Origin: an uncultured Gammaproteobacteria bacterium
Lineage (GTDB): Bacteria; Pseudomonadota; Gammaproteobacteria; CAJQNE01
Length of the DNA stretch: 26,354 nucleotides
Assembly: GCA_905479545.1 (NCBI GenBank)
Contig: CAJQNE010000435.1
Coordinates: 1 to 26,354, forward strand
Reading direction: 5' to 3'
Numbering within the stretch: the first letter of the stretch is position 1; every line of letters begins with the position of its first letter. Positions 8,459 through 16,680 of this stretch are shown here, in pieces. The notes beneath the pieces are model-generated. The model saw nothing but the letters and a program-made list of their open reading frames with translations, searched no databases and was not told where the DNA came from. The position numbers and the translations under genes were made by a program.

Positions 8459-10189
8459 TTAAGGCGTTACCCGAAACACATCGGCCTGAATTTCATCTGG
8501 CGTAATAGAGCTGTTCCGGGTGATGACATTAGCCAGCGTGCTGTTTTCAACCAGTCGCAGTTCTTTTTTGTCTAAAGCACGCTGGTACCAAAAGCGGTCA
8601 CCGTCACGTAGCTTCTTAAACTGTCGCTTAACAATGCGCTTAAACAGCGGCCCCAAGTGTGATTTTCCACGAGGCTGTTCCGCCAGGCCGCCTACCCAAA
8701 GGTCAATTTTATCGATATCGCCATAGGCTGTTTCCAGTCGCTGTTGTAAGTCAGCATCGCCGGTTACATCGCTAAAGCGGGTGGCTTTGTCGAAACCCAT
8801 ATGTTCGCGCATGTCGTTATAGCCGGGGAGGCCGTGGTCGCGACCGCGTTGAATGTTGAGCGCGACCAGGTCAAAACCGCCTGCACCTGGCGCGCCAAAC
8901 AGGAAGTTGCGAACGTCGTCGATAATTTCGGCATCAATGGTTTGCATACGCTGCGCAGCTAAGCCCCGCAGTATCGGTTCTATGCCGCCTTCATTAACCA
9001 AGCGATCGGGGCGGAAGAAAGCACTACGAAGTGGCAGGTGACCTGCAGTGTGCGCGGAGCCATCGGCATTCAGTCGGAGTAGCTGCGGGCTTAAAGCGCT
9101 GTGGCCAAAGCGGTAAGCAGCGCTCGAGAATTCGTTACGAATGCTGGCGTTCTTCTTCTCGTTGTAACCTTCGTATGCGGGTAAAGGCTTACCGAGTAGA
9201 GCAGGTAGAAACTCGTTGTAAGTAATCTGCTGCATCAGGCCACCCACCACACGGCGGGCTTTCTCATATATGCGGTCGCCGCTCAAATTACGATGCTTGG
9301 CGCGGTAGGCATCTGCCAGCCGGTTGTGCTCGCGAACAAACAGCGTGTGCATTACTGTCAGGCCAACTTGCTCGTTGGCACGAATGTCACCACCTAAAAA
9401 CAGATTGTCGCCTTCACCGCCCGCGTTAGGCAGACCAAAGGTGTTAAACGGCAGTAAGTCGCCGGCGCTGGTTTTTAACCGACCGCTGCCATCGTTCGTG
9501 CGCAGGGCGGTGGCGCGTTCGTCATCTGAGCCGTAGACGTTAGAAGCGTCAATCCAACCGGTAATCTCGTTAATTTGTTCGCGAGAGTCGTCGATACCGG
9601 TGGCGGCGTCAAAAATGGAGCGATTAAGCGCCATGGTTACCGTGCCGGTGTTCTGGGGGTCGAAGTGAGCATCGCCTGCAGGAATCAGAATCGGTGCTGC
9701 TTCACCGGGGTGTACGCCGTCGGTAAGGTCAATGTCGTGATCCAGAAACTGGCCCCACTGCCATAGATAATCGCTGGCGCCTTTGCTGTTGGGCTTTAAT
9801 TCAGTCTGAGCTGAAACGACATTACTGATCAGCCGGGCACTGGGGCGGTCGGTACCAGCCATCGCCGAGAAACCGTCGCTGTAATAGGCTTTTTTAGCAA
9901 ATCGCTTAAGTTGGGTATTGGCAGCGTTAATGCTTGGTTTCCGCTCGTTGTTGTCGCTGCCATCGATGGTGCGGTAGCTATCGGCGCGATGGTGGCCACG
10001 ATGCTTGTCTTTCTTGCCGTGCTGGTCGCGATGGCCGTTGTGGCTATTGTTCTGATCACGTTGGCCACGTTTCTGGTGATCATGATTAATTTTACGCGCC
10101 GGTGAAATTTCGCGGTCTTTTTCAGCGTGTGCGGCGGGTAACGCCAAGGCTGCAATTAATACGGTAGCCGTCGTTAAACGATTTAACAT
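8459..10189 (-). CDS. Secreted heme peroxidase of the peroxidase-cyclooxygenase (animal/lactoperoxidase-like) superfamily
   Basis: Signal peptide. WGQFLDHD (distal Gln, Asp, His), ITGWIDASNVYG (Ca loop), DIRANEQ (distal Arg, ester Glu), AAYRFGHS (proximal His) and LNIQRGRDHG. Confidence 0.93.
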   Translation of the reverse strand: MLNRLTTATVLIAALALPAAHAEKDREISPARKINHDHQKRGQRDQNNSHNGHRDQHGKKDKHRGHHRADSYRTIDGSDNNERKPSINAANTQLKRFAKKAYYSDGFSAMAGTDRPSARLISNVVSAQTELKPNSKGASDYLWQWGQFLDHDIDLTDGVHPGEAAPILIPAGDAHFDPQNTGTVTMALNRSIFDAATGIDDSREQINEITGWIDASNVYGSDDERATALRTNDGSGRLKTSAGDLLPFNTFGLPNAGGEGDNLFLGGDIRANEQVGLTVMHTLFVREHNRLADAYRAKHRNLSGDRIYEKARRVVGGLMQQITYNEFLPALLGKPLPAYEGYNEKKNASIRNEFSSAAYRFGHSALSPQLLRLNADGSAHTAGHLPLRSAFFRPDRLVNEGGIEPILRGLAAQRMQTIDAEIIDDVRNFLFGAPGAGGFDLVALNIQRGRDHGLPGYNDMREHMGFDKATRFSDVTGDADLQQRLETAYGDIDKIDLWVGGLAEQPRGKSHLGPLFKRIVKRQFKKLRDGDRFWYQRALDKKELRLVENSTLANVITRNSSITPDEIQADVFRVTP

Positions 10190-10351
10190 TCCCTGGTTCC
10201 TATGCCTGTTTTTAGGATAATTCTGATTTAACTCAGCATTATTAGTGCTAAAAACTAATCATTTAGTAGCTGAGAAGCCGAATCAAAACCCGAAACGCCT
10301 TATGTAACAATGGCCGCATCGTTAGTTCACAATTCGGAACCACAAAATGCG

Positions 10352-10930
10352 TCATTCGGGCTGAATATTGCGGAAAGTCAGGTTTATACGGCTACGCATC
10401 GCGCGCCGTGACTTGTGAATAGCGTGCTGCCAGTAGCGTTGAGTGTCGCCCGCCATGATGAGCAGGCTGCCACTGGGGAGTAGTAATTTCTCTCGTTGGC
10501 CGGTGATTTTGTGCCGTAGCTGGAAATGGCGGGGCTCACCGAAACTTAGCGACAAAATAACCGGTCGCTCGCCAAGCTCAGGTTCGTCATCGCTATGCCA
10601 ACCCATGCTGTCTTGCCCATGGCGATACCAGTTCGCTAAAACGCTATTTACGGCGGTATCAGCGGTTCTTTCAGCTAATTCCCTAAGTGCCTGTATCCGC
10701 TCGGTCCAAGGCTCTGGCAGCAATGGCAGGCCTGAATAGGCATATCGTGCATTCGCATCGCCGTGCCAGGCCGAAAGACGGGGGCAATCGACTTGTTTGC
10801 CGTACAACTTAATACGGTGTTGTTGCCAGGCCAGAGACTGCTCCAGCTCTGCCTGCCAGCGCGCCGCATCTGCGGGCAGAATGAAGTGCGGCAGCAAGCT
10901 TATCTGTGCGTCGGGGAAGTTAAGGTTCAT
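10352..10930 (-). CDS. 2-oxoglutarate/Fe(II) dioxygenase, AlkB family (ALKBH2/3-like DNA repair)
   Basis: PRLSAWHG, NSVLANWY, GWHSDDE (HxD), WQHAI (distal His) and RINLTFR. Confidence 0.92.
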   Translation of the reverse strand: MNLNFPDAQISLLPHFILPADAARWQAELEQSLAWQQHRIKLYGKQVDCPRLSAWHGDANARYAYSGLPLLPEPWTERIQALRELAERTADTAVNSVLANWYRHGQDSMGWHSDDEPELGERPVILSLSFGEPRHFQLRHKITGQREKLLLPSGSLLIMAGDTQRYWQHAIHKSRRAMRSRINLTFRNIQPE

Positions 10931-11127
10931 GGTTTGGTAAGGGTGTTTTTTGTATTAAATCAATCGCTTGCTTAATAAATAACTGCGGATTTTATGCGTC
11001 GAGCACTTGCTTGGTTGCACTGCACCATTTATTCTAGATGAGTGGGCATCCGACAGCGTTAGCTAACTATAACGGTTACGCGCGTTGTTAATTATGAAAG
11101 GCGGCTTAGCCGCTATGGAGAAACATT

Positions 11128-13632
11128 ATGAGCACCTTAGTTGGTCTATTGGTTGTATTGGCAACCGGCCTGATACTCGCGTTTAACAGCGCTTCGGCAG
11201 CCGTTTCAGTTGCCGTGTTTGGCGTATTACTGTTGGCGGCAACGGTAACGGGCTTTGTTGGTACCGGTGGTTTCATCGCTGGTGCAGTGATTCTCGGCGC
11301 GGCTTTTGCCTTATTGGCCGTTAAGCCTATTCGACAGAAAGTATTGTCGACCCCGATTCTGGGCATCTTCCGCAAAATTATGCCGCCGATGTCGGAAACC
11401 GAAAAAGCCGCTATTGAAGCGGGCAACGTAACCTGGGAAGCCGAAGTATTCAGCGGTAAGCCAAACTGGAGCGAGCTACACGCCATTGAGCGCACCGAGC
11501 TTTCAGCTGAAGAGCAGGCCTTTATCGATGGCCCCTGCGAAGAGCTTTGCCGCATGCTCAAAGGCTACGAAATCGTCACCGAGAACGAAGTGCCGGATGA
11601 AGTGATGGATTTCATCTGCAAAAAAGGCTTCCTCGGCATGATTATTCAGAAGAAGTACGGCGGCCTGGAGTTTTCTGAGCGTGCCCACTCTGAAGTACTA
11701 CTGAAAGTCGGTGCTGTGTCTGTGACTGTCGGTGTAATTATCGCCGTACCCAACTCTCTCGGCCCCGGTAAGTTGCTACGTTATTACGGTACCGAAGAGC
11801 AAAAAGATTACTACCTGCCGCGTTTGGCTAAGGGCCAGGAGATTCCTTGTTTTGGCCTGACCAACCCGCATGCGGGTTCAGACGCCACCTCAATTCCGGA
11901 TTTCGGTATTGTGAAAAAAGGCACTTTCGACGGCGAAGAAACCGTCGGTTTGGAGCTGACCTGGAGCAAGCGTTACATCACGCTCGCACCTATCTCTACT
12001 GTACTGGGCCTGGCTTTTCAGCTGAGCGATCCTGACGGGTTGCTGGGCGATGACAGCAAAAAAGACTACGGCATTACCTGCGCGCTTATTCCTACTAACC
12101 TGGAAGGGGTAGATATCGGTCGCCGTCAGCTACCCAGTGGCGCACCGTTCTACAACGGTACTACTACAGCTAATAAGCTGTTTGTGCCGCTGAGCTACAT
12201 TATTGGTGGTGCAGAAAACGCCGGTAAAGGTTGGCAGATGCTGGTTGAACAGTTGTCTGTTGGCCGGGCGATTTCGCTACCTACCAGTGGTACCGGTGCA
12301 GCTCGTTTGTCAGCACTTACTTCAGGTGCTTACGCCCGTATACGTCGTCAGTTCGGTTTGCCAATTGCTGATTTTGAAGGTGTTGGCGAAGCGCTGACGC
12401 AGGCGACCGGTCGTGCTTACATGACCGAAGCCTCACGCGTATTTACCTTGAGCCTGATTGACAAGCTACATGCCAAGCCGGCCGTCGCCTCCGCGATATT
12501 GAAGTATCACGCTACTCATATGGGCCAGCAGGCAACCATCAACGCGATGGACATTCAGGCCGGTAAAGCGGTTATGACCGGTCCTAAAAATATGATCGCT
12601 GATGCCTACCTTGCCGCACCGGTTAACATTACCGTCGAAGGCGCGAACATTCTTACCCGTAATATGCTCATTTACGGTCAGGGCGCTATTCGCTGCCACC
12701 CGTGGGTACTGAAAGAAATGCAGTCGCTGGATATTGAAGGCGAAGCTGGCGTAGTGGCGTTTGATGAAGCGCTATGGAGCCACCTCGGCTTCGCAATAAC
12801 TAACGCTTCCCGCTCGTTGATTCACGGTCTAACCGGTAGCCACTTGGCTAGCTCAAGTGACGGCGAAATGAAGCGCTACTATCAGCACTTCAGTCGCTAC
12901 TCAGCCATTCTGGCTCTGCTAAGCGATAGCGCTATGTTCACTTTGGGCGGTAGCCTGAAATTCCGTGAGAAGCTTTCGGCTCGTTTAGGCGATTTGCTCA
13001 GCTACGTGTACATGGGTAGCGCGGTACTGAAGCACTGGGAAGACCAGGGTCGTCAGGAAGAAGACCGTCCGTTGGTTGAATGGTGCTGTCAGTGGTTGTT
13101 GCATGAGTTACAGCTAGCGGCAGACGGCGTGCTGAAGAACCTGCCGGCCCGTCCGGTCGCGTGGATTCTTCGTGGTCTGGTATTTCCTCTGGGTCAACGC
13201 TTCGATGCGCCAAGCGACAAGCTGGGCGACAAAGTAGCTAAGCTCATCAGCCTGCCATCGGGTACCCGTGACCGTATCGCTGAAAACTTGTTCGCTGCGA
13301 CCGACACCGCTTACGAGCCAGGCCTGTGCTATCAGGCGATGGAAGAAGCTGTTCGGGTTGAACCGCTGGAAAACAAAGTGCTTAAAGCCGCTAAGAAAGG
13401 TCAGATTGGCTTCGTCTTCGCTACTCAGGTAGAAGAAGCTGTCGCCGCTGGTGTTCTTACTAAAGCCGAAGGCGAAGACGTGCAGAAAGTTCGTGAGCTG
13501 GTATTCAACATCATCGAAACCGATGACTTTGACCCACGTGACCTTTCTGACAAGCCAAGCAAGTACAGCGCTTTCCCGGCGCTTCGTAAAGAGCGGGAAG
13601 CGGCTAAGAAGAAAGTAAAAAAAGCGGCTTAA
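11128..13632 (+). CDS. fadE: Acyl-CoA dehydrogenase FadE
   Basis: RBS GGAG and N-terminal transmembrane segments. MSETEKAAIEAG, PNSLGPG, CFGLTNPHAGSDA, KRYITLAP, ITVEGANILTR and the long FadE C-terminal domain. Confidence 0.93.
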   Translation: MSTLVGLLVVLATGLILAFNSASAAVSVAVFGVLLLAATVTGFVGTGGFIAGAVILGAAFALLAVKPIRQKVLSTPILGIFRKIMPPMSETEKAAIEAGNVTWEAEVFSGKPNWSELHAIERTELSAEEQAFIDGPCEELCRMLKGYEIVTENEVPDEVMDFICKKGFLGMIIQKKYGGLEFSERAHSEVLLKVGAVSVTVGVIIAVPNSLGPGKLLRYYGTEEQKDYYLPRLAKGQEIPCFGLTNPHAGSDATSIPDFGIVKKGTFDGEETVGLELTWSKRYITLAPISTVLGLAFQLSDPDGLLGDDSKKDYGITCALIPTNLEGVDIGRRQLPSGAPFYNGTTTANKLFVPLSYIIGGAENAGKGWQMLVEQLSVGRAISLPTSGTGAARLSALTSGAYARIRRQFGLPIADFEGVGEALTQATGRAYMTEASRVFTLSLIDKLHAKPAVASAILKYHATHMGQQATINAMDIQAGKAVMTGPKNMIADAYLAAPVNITVEGANILTRNMLIYGQGAIRCHPWVLKEMQSLDIEGEAGVVAFDEALWSHLGFAITNASRSLIHGLTGSHLASSSDGEMKRYYQHFSRYSAILALLSDSAMFTLGGSLKFREKLSARLGDLLSYVYMGSAVLKHWEDQGRQEEDRPLVEWCCQWLLHELQLAADGVLKNLPARPVAWILRGLVFPLGQRFDAPSDKLGDKVAKLISLPSGTRDRIAENLFAATDTAYEPGLCYQAMEEAVRVEPLENKVLKAAKKGQIGFVFATQVEEAVAAGVLTKAEGEDVQKVRELVFNIIETDDFDPRDLSDKPSKYSAFPALRKEREAAKKKVKKAA

Positions 13633-13659
13633 TCGCTGCGCGATAGCTGTGTAAAACAG

Positions 13660-13691
13660 AAAGCCCCGGCCATTTGGTCGGGGCTTTTTTT
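13660..13691. terminator. Bidirectional intrinsic terminator between fadE and the AraC gene
   Basis: AAAGCCCCGGCC-ATTT-GGTCGGGGCTTT followed by a T-run, between convergent genes. Confidence 0.9.
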
Positions 13692-13715
13692 GTTTGAGCC
13701 ATGGCTGGTGGGGGT

Positions 13716-14759
13716 TCACGGGTTCCCTTGAGTGTTTTTGCGAAATTCACTCGGGTTACTGCCAACGTGAGTTCGAAACGCCCGAATGAAATTACTAGTG
13801 TCAGAATAGCCTAGCTCTTGAGCGATTCGGGTAACGGATAGGTGCGTTGTGCTCAATAGTTCTTTGGCCTTGCGGTGACGTTCTTCAACGCAGAGGGAGC
13901 GGTAGACTAGTCCTTCTCGCTTTAAATGGCGGTGGAGGGTGCGGCTGTTGACGTTCAAAGTGGCCGCTAATTCTTCAATGCTTGGCAAGCCATCGTTGGA
14001 GTCCCGCAGCATCATTCTGGTCCAATCACCAACTGTGCCGTTAGTGACAATTCGCTGCATCAACTCCCGGCAACGTTGCTCGGCGATCATTAGAGAAGCG
14101 TTGTTCGACATTGCGGGTTTACCATTCAATATCGATATTGGGTAAACCAGCCGCACGCCGGGGTAGGGTAATGCGGCAAAGTGAACCTGAACCCTTGGTA
14201 ACAGTTGCTCGTATCGGCTTTTGTGTGGCGGAGCGGGGATTGAAAGCTCCATTACGTAAGGTGGTAGCTGCCCCTGCACGAGATCTTTGATGCTCGTGTG
14301 AGCTGCCAGTGCTACCAGCTCGATATTGAAGTCCAGGCACTCGGCCGACATAGCCATGGTAGATGAAAAATCTAACTCCACCTTGTCATCGAGAACGCTA
14401 TAACGCATTCGAAAAGCCGGAAAAACCAGCCGGAAAAAACGCGTGATAAGCCTCAGGGCGTAGTCAATACTCGGGCTCGATAACACCCCGTAACCAACGG
14501 CGGCGTGGTCGCCCATATAAATTCTTCGACCCATTTCTAGCGGTACGGCTTGCCCGCCAATTTTGATAATGCAGCTGACAATTCGTTCAAGTTCTGCGAC
14601 GCCCAGCTCAGCCAGAGGGTCGGCTAACTTTGCGGGTGATATGCCCGCTGTTTCTAAAACCTCCTCGGCGTTAATTCCCTGGCTGGCCAATAACCTCGGC
14701 AGCCCGGCGTAATAGCGGGCTGGCACGGTAGTCTGGAAATGGCCGTCTACTCTTGTCAT
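13716..14759 (-). CDS. AraC family transcriptional regulator (long N-terminal ligand domain plus C-terminal HTH)
   Basis: C-terminal SRTLHRHLKREG...IAQELGYSDTSNFIRAFR AraC signature. It is divergent from ferredoxin-CYP153. Confidence 0.93.
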   Translation of the reverse strand: MTRVDGHFQTTVPARYYAGLPRLLASQGINAEEVLETAGISPAKLADPLAELGVAELERIVSCIIKIGGQAVPLEMGRRIYMGDHAAVGYGVLSSPSIDYALRLITRFFRLVFPAFRMRYSVLDDKVELDFSSTMAMSAECLDFNIELVALAAHTSIKDLVQGQLPPYVMELSIPAPPHKSRYEQLLPRVQVHFAALPYPGVRLVYPISILNGKPAMSNNASLMIAEQRCRELMQRIVTNGTVGDWTRMMLRDSNDGLPSIEELAATLNVNSRTLHRHLKREGLVYRSLCVEERHRKAKELLSTTHLSVTRIAQELGYSDTSNFIRAFRTHVGSNPSEFRKNTQGNP

Positions 14760-14789
14760 GTAATGACAGTATCAAGTCTGAAAATGACA
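14754..14789. promoter_or_regulatory. Candidate AraC-regulator boxes: AATGACA direct repeat with 21-bp period, plus TGTCAT-GTA-ATGACA palindrome over the AraC start codon
   Basis: AATGACA at 14762-14768 and 14783-14789, and TGTCAT at 14754-14759. Confidence 0.45.
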
Positions 14790-14832
14790 ATCAATCGCCT
14801 TGAACACGTCGGATACTGGTGACGCTGTACAA

Positions 14833-14868
14833 ACCAATAAGTGGGCCAATAACTGGACTAATAAGTCG
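14833..14868 (+). repeat. Three tandem 12-bp direct repeats upstream of the ferredoxin RBS
   Basis: ACCAATAAGTGG / GCCAATAACTGG / ACTAATAAGTCG. Confidence 0.8.
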
Positions 14869-14886
14869 AACTGCGAGGTGGACAAA

Positions 14887-15207
14887 ATGGTAAATATCGA
14901 GTTTATAGAGCACGGCGGGGATGTGCATAAGGTTAGCGTTGAATCTGGTGAGAGCCTTATGGAGGCTGCGGTATCCAATGCGGTGCCGGGCATTGACGCG
15001 GATTGTGGTGGTGCCTGTGCTTGCGGCACTTGCCACATAAAAGTGGCGAGCGAGTGGCGTGATCGGGTCAATCCACCCGATGACAGTGAGTCGATGATGC
15101 TGGACATGACTCCTGAAAGAGAAGAGGGCTCCAGGCTCGCCTGTCAAATTATCGTGAACTCTGAGTTAGAAGGGCTCGTTGTCGAACTTCCTGAATTTCA
15201 AATGTAG
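14887..15207 (+). CDS. fdx: 2Fe-2S ferredoxin (putidaredoxin/adrenodoxin type)
   Basis: ADCGGACACGTCH and SRLACQ Cys motifs. RBS GAGGT precedes the ATG at 14887, which is preferred over the tracked start at 14800. Confidence 0.95.
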   Translation: MVNIEFIEHGGDVHKVSVESGESLMEAAVSNAVPGIDADCGGACACGTCHIKVASEWRDRVNPPDDSESMMLDMTPEREEGSRLACQIIVNSELEGLVVELPEFQM

Positions 15208-15235
15208 TTAAACGCTCACATTAGGAGAGATCCAC

Positions 15236-16510
15236 ATGACATTTACCACAACACTAACAAGTCCGGAATTGCCGAATCCATATTCTGTGCCGTTGGAATC
15301 AATCGATTTAAGTGATCCACGCTTATATGAGCAAAATAAATGGGGCGATTATTTTCGGCGGGTACGAGATGAAGCGCCGGTTCATTACCAGAAAGATAGC
15401 CCGTTTGGTCCTTTCTGGTCGGTGACTCGTTTTGAAGACATCGTAGCGGTAGACACGAACCACAATGCCTTCTCATCCGAGCCATTTATTATTATCGGCG
15501 ACCTTGATCCGGAATTGCCGCTGGAACAATTTATTTCTATGGACCCGCCGAAGCACGATGTGCAGCGTGCTGCGGTTCAGCCAGCGGTAGCTCCGAAAAA
15601 TCTCAAGCAACTGGAGGGTTTAATTCGGGAACGTATCGTCACGATATTAGACGAGTTGCCACTGGATGAGCCGTTTGATTGGGTTTCTAAAGTCTCTGTC
15701 GAATTAACCTCGCAGATGCTGGCGACTATTTTTGATTTCCCCTATGAGCGGCGGCATAAACTTCCGTACTGGTCCGATATTGCAACAGCGGCGCCGGAGA
15801 TTTCCGGCGGCGGGGCATCAAAAGAAGAGCGTTTTGCTGCACTGGGTGACATGGTGAATTCGTTCGCCGAAATATGGCACCGCAAGGCGGCTGAGCGGGA
15901 GGCTGGTGAAGAATTGGGTTTTGATCTGATAGGTTTGCTGCAGGCCGACGAGAACACCAAGGACATGATCGACAAGCCGGCTGAATTCCTCGGTAACTTA
16001 GGTTTGCTGATTGTTGGCGGTAACGACACGACGCGTAATTCGATTTCCGGCAGTGTTGTGGCAATGAATCAGTTTCCTGAAGAGTTTGAAAAGCTAAAGC
16101 AAAACCCTGAACTGGTTGCGAACATGGTGTCGGAAATTATTCGCTGGCAAACACCGCTTGCCCATATGCGTCGGGTTGCCACTGAGGACATTGAGCTGGG
16201 CGGTCAACAAATCAAGAAAGGCGACAAGGTTGTCATGTGGTACATCTCGGGCAATCGGGACGAGCGAAAGGTCGAAAACCCGGACAATGTGATAATCGAC
16301 AGGAAGAACGCTCGCCATCACCTCTCATTTGGCTTCGGTATTCACCGTTGTATGGGCAATCGGCTCGGTGAAATGCAGTTACGCATTACCTGGGAAGAGC
16401 TTCTGAAGCGCTTCGATCGTATCGAAATAGTGGGCGACCCGGTGCGAATGCAGTCCAACTTCGTGCACGGCTATGCCTCGATGCAGGTTAAGGTCTCGGC
16501 TAAAAAGTAG
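15236..16510 (+). CDS. cyp153: Cytochrome P450, CYP153 family (terminal alkane/fatty acid hydroxylase)
   Basis: RBS AGGAG. GPFWSVTRFEDI, FISMDPPKHDVQR, LLIVGGNDTTRNS, RWQTPLAHMRR and the heme motif FGFGIHRCMG. Confidence 0.93.
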   Translation: MTFTTTLTSPELPNPYSVPLESIDLSDPRLYEQNKWGDYFRRVRDEAPVHYQKDSPFGPFWSVTRFEDIVAVDTNHNAFSSEPFIIIGDLDPELPLEQFISMDPPKHDVQRAAVQPAVAPKNLKQLEGLIRERIVTILDELPLDEPFDWVSKVSVELTSQMLATIFDFPYERRHKLPYWSDIATAAPEISGGGASKEERFAALGDMVNSFAEIWHRKAAEREAGEELGFDLIGLLQADENTKDMIDKPAEFLGNLGLLIVGGNDTTRNSISGSVVAMNQFPEEFEKLKQNPELVANMVSEIIRWQTPLAHMRRVATEDIELGGQQIKKGDKVVMWYISGNRDERKVENPDNVIIDRKNARHHLSFGFGIHRCMGNRLGEMQLRITWEELLKRFDRIEIVGDPVRMQSNFVHGYASMQVKVSAKK

Positions 16511-16614
16511 GATGGGGATTTGCCTCAGCATGGCGATCAAGCCACGAATAAGAAAATTTCTCAGGTTAGTAAAAACTACTGCGCCATTAGCGAGTAAAGA
16601 TCAATGCTGTTGAT

Positions 16615-16650
16615 AACAAAGCCCCGACCGTTTGGTCGGGGCTTTGTTTT
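16615..16650. terminator. Bidirectional intrinsic terminator between CYP153 and the MshEN-hydrolase gene
   Basis: AACAAAGCCCCGACC-GTTT-GGTCGGGGCTTTGTT followed by a T-run. It is nearly identical to the 13660 terminator. Confidence 0.9.
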
Positions 16651-16680
16651 TATCTACGTTATAGACTCTGCGATGAACTA

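Noticed and set aside
11106-11561. 151-aa minus-strand ORF
   Set aside because: It is antisense to the fadE N-terminus.
13114-13719. 201-aa minus-strand ORF
   Set aside because: It is antisense to fadE, reads through the terminator hairpin and has no motifs.
14800-14886. N-terminal extension of the ferredoxin in the ORF track
   Set aside because: The RBS and family length support the ATG at 14887, and the extension merely translates the 12-bp repeats.
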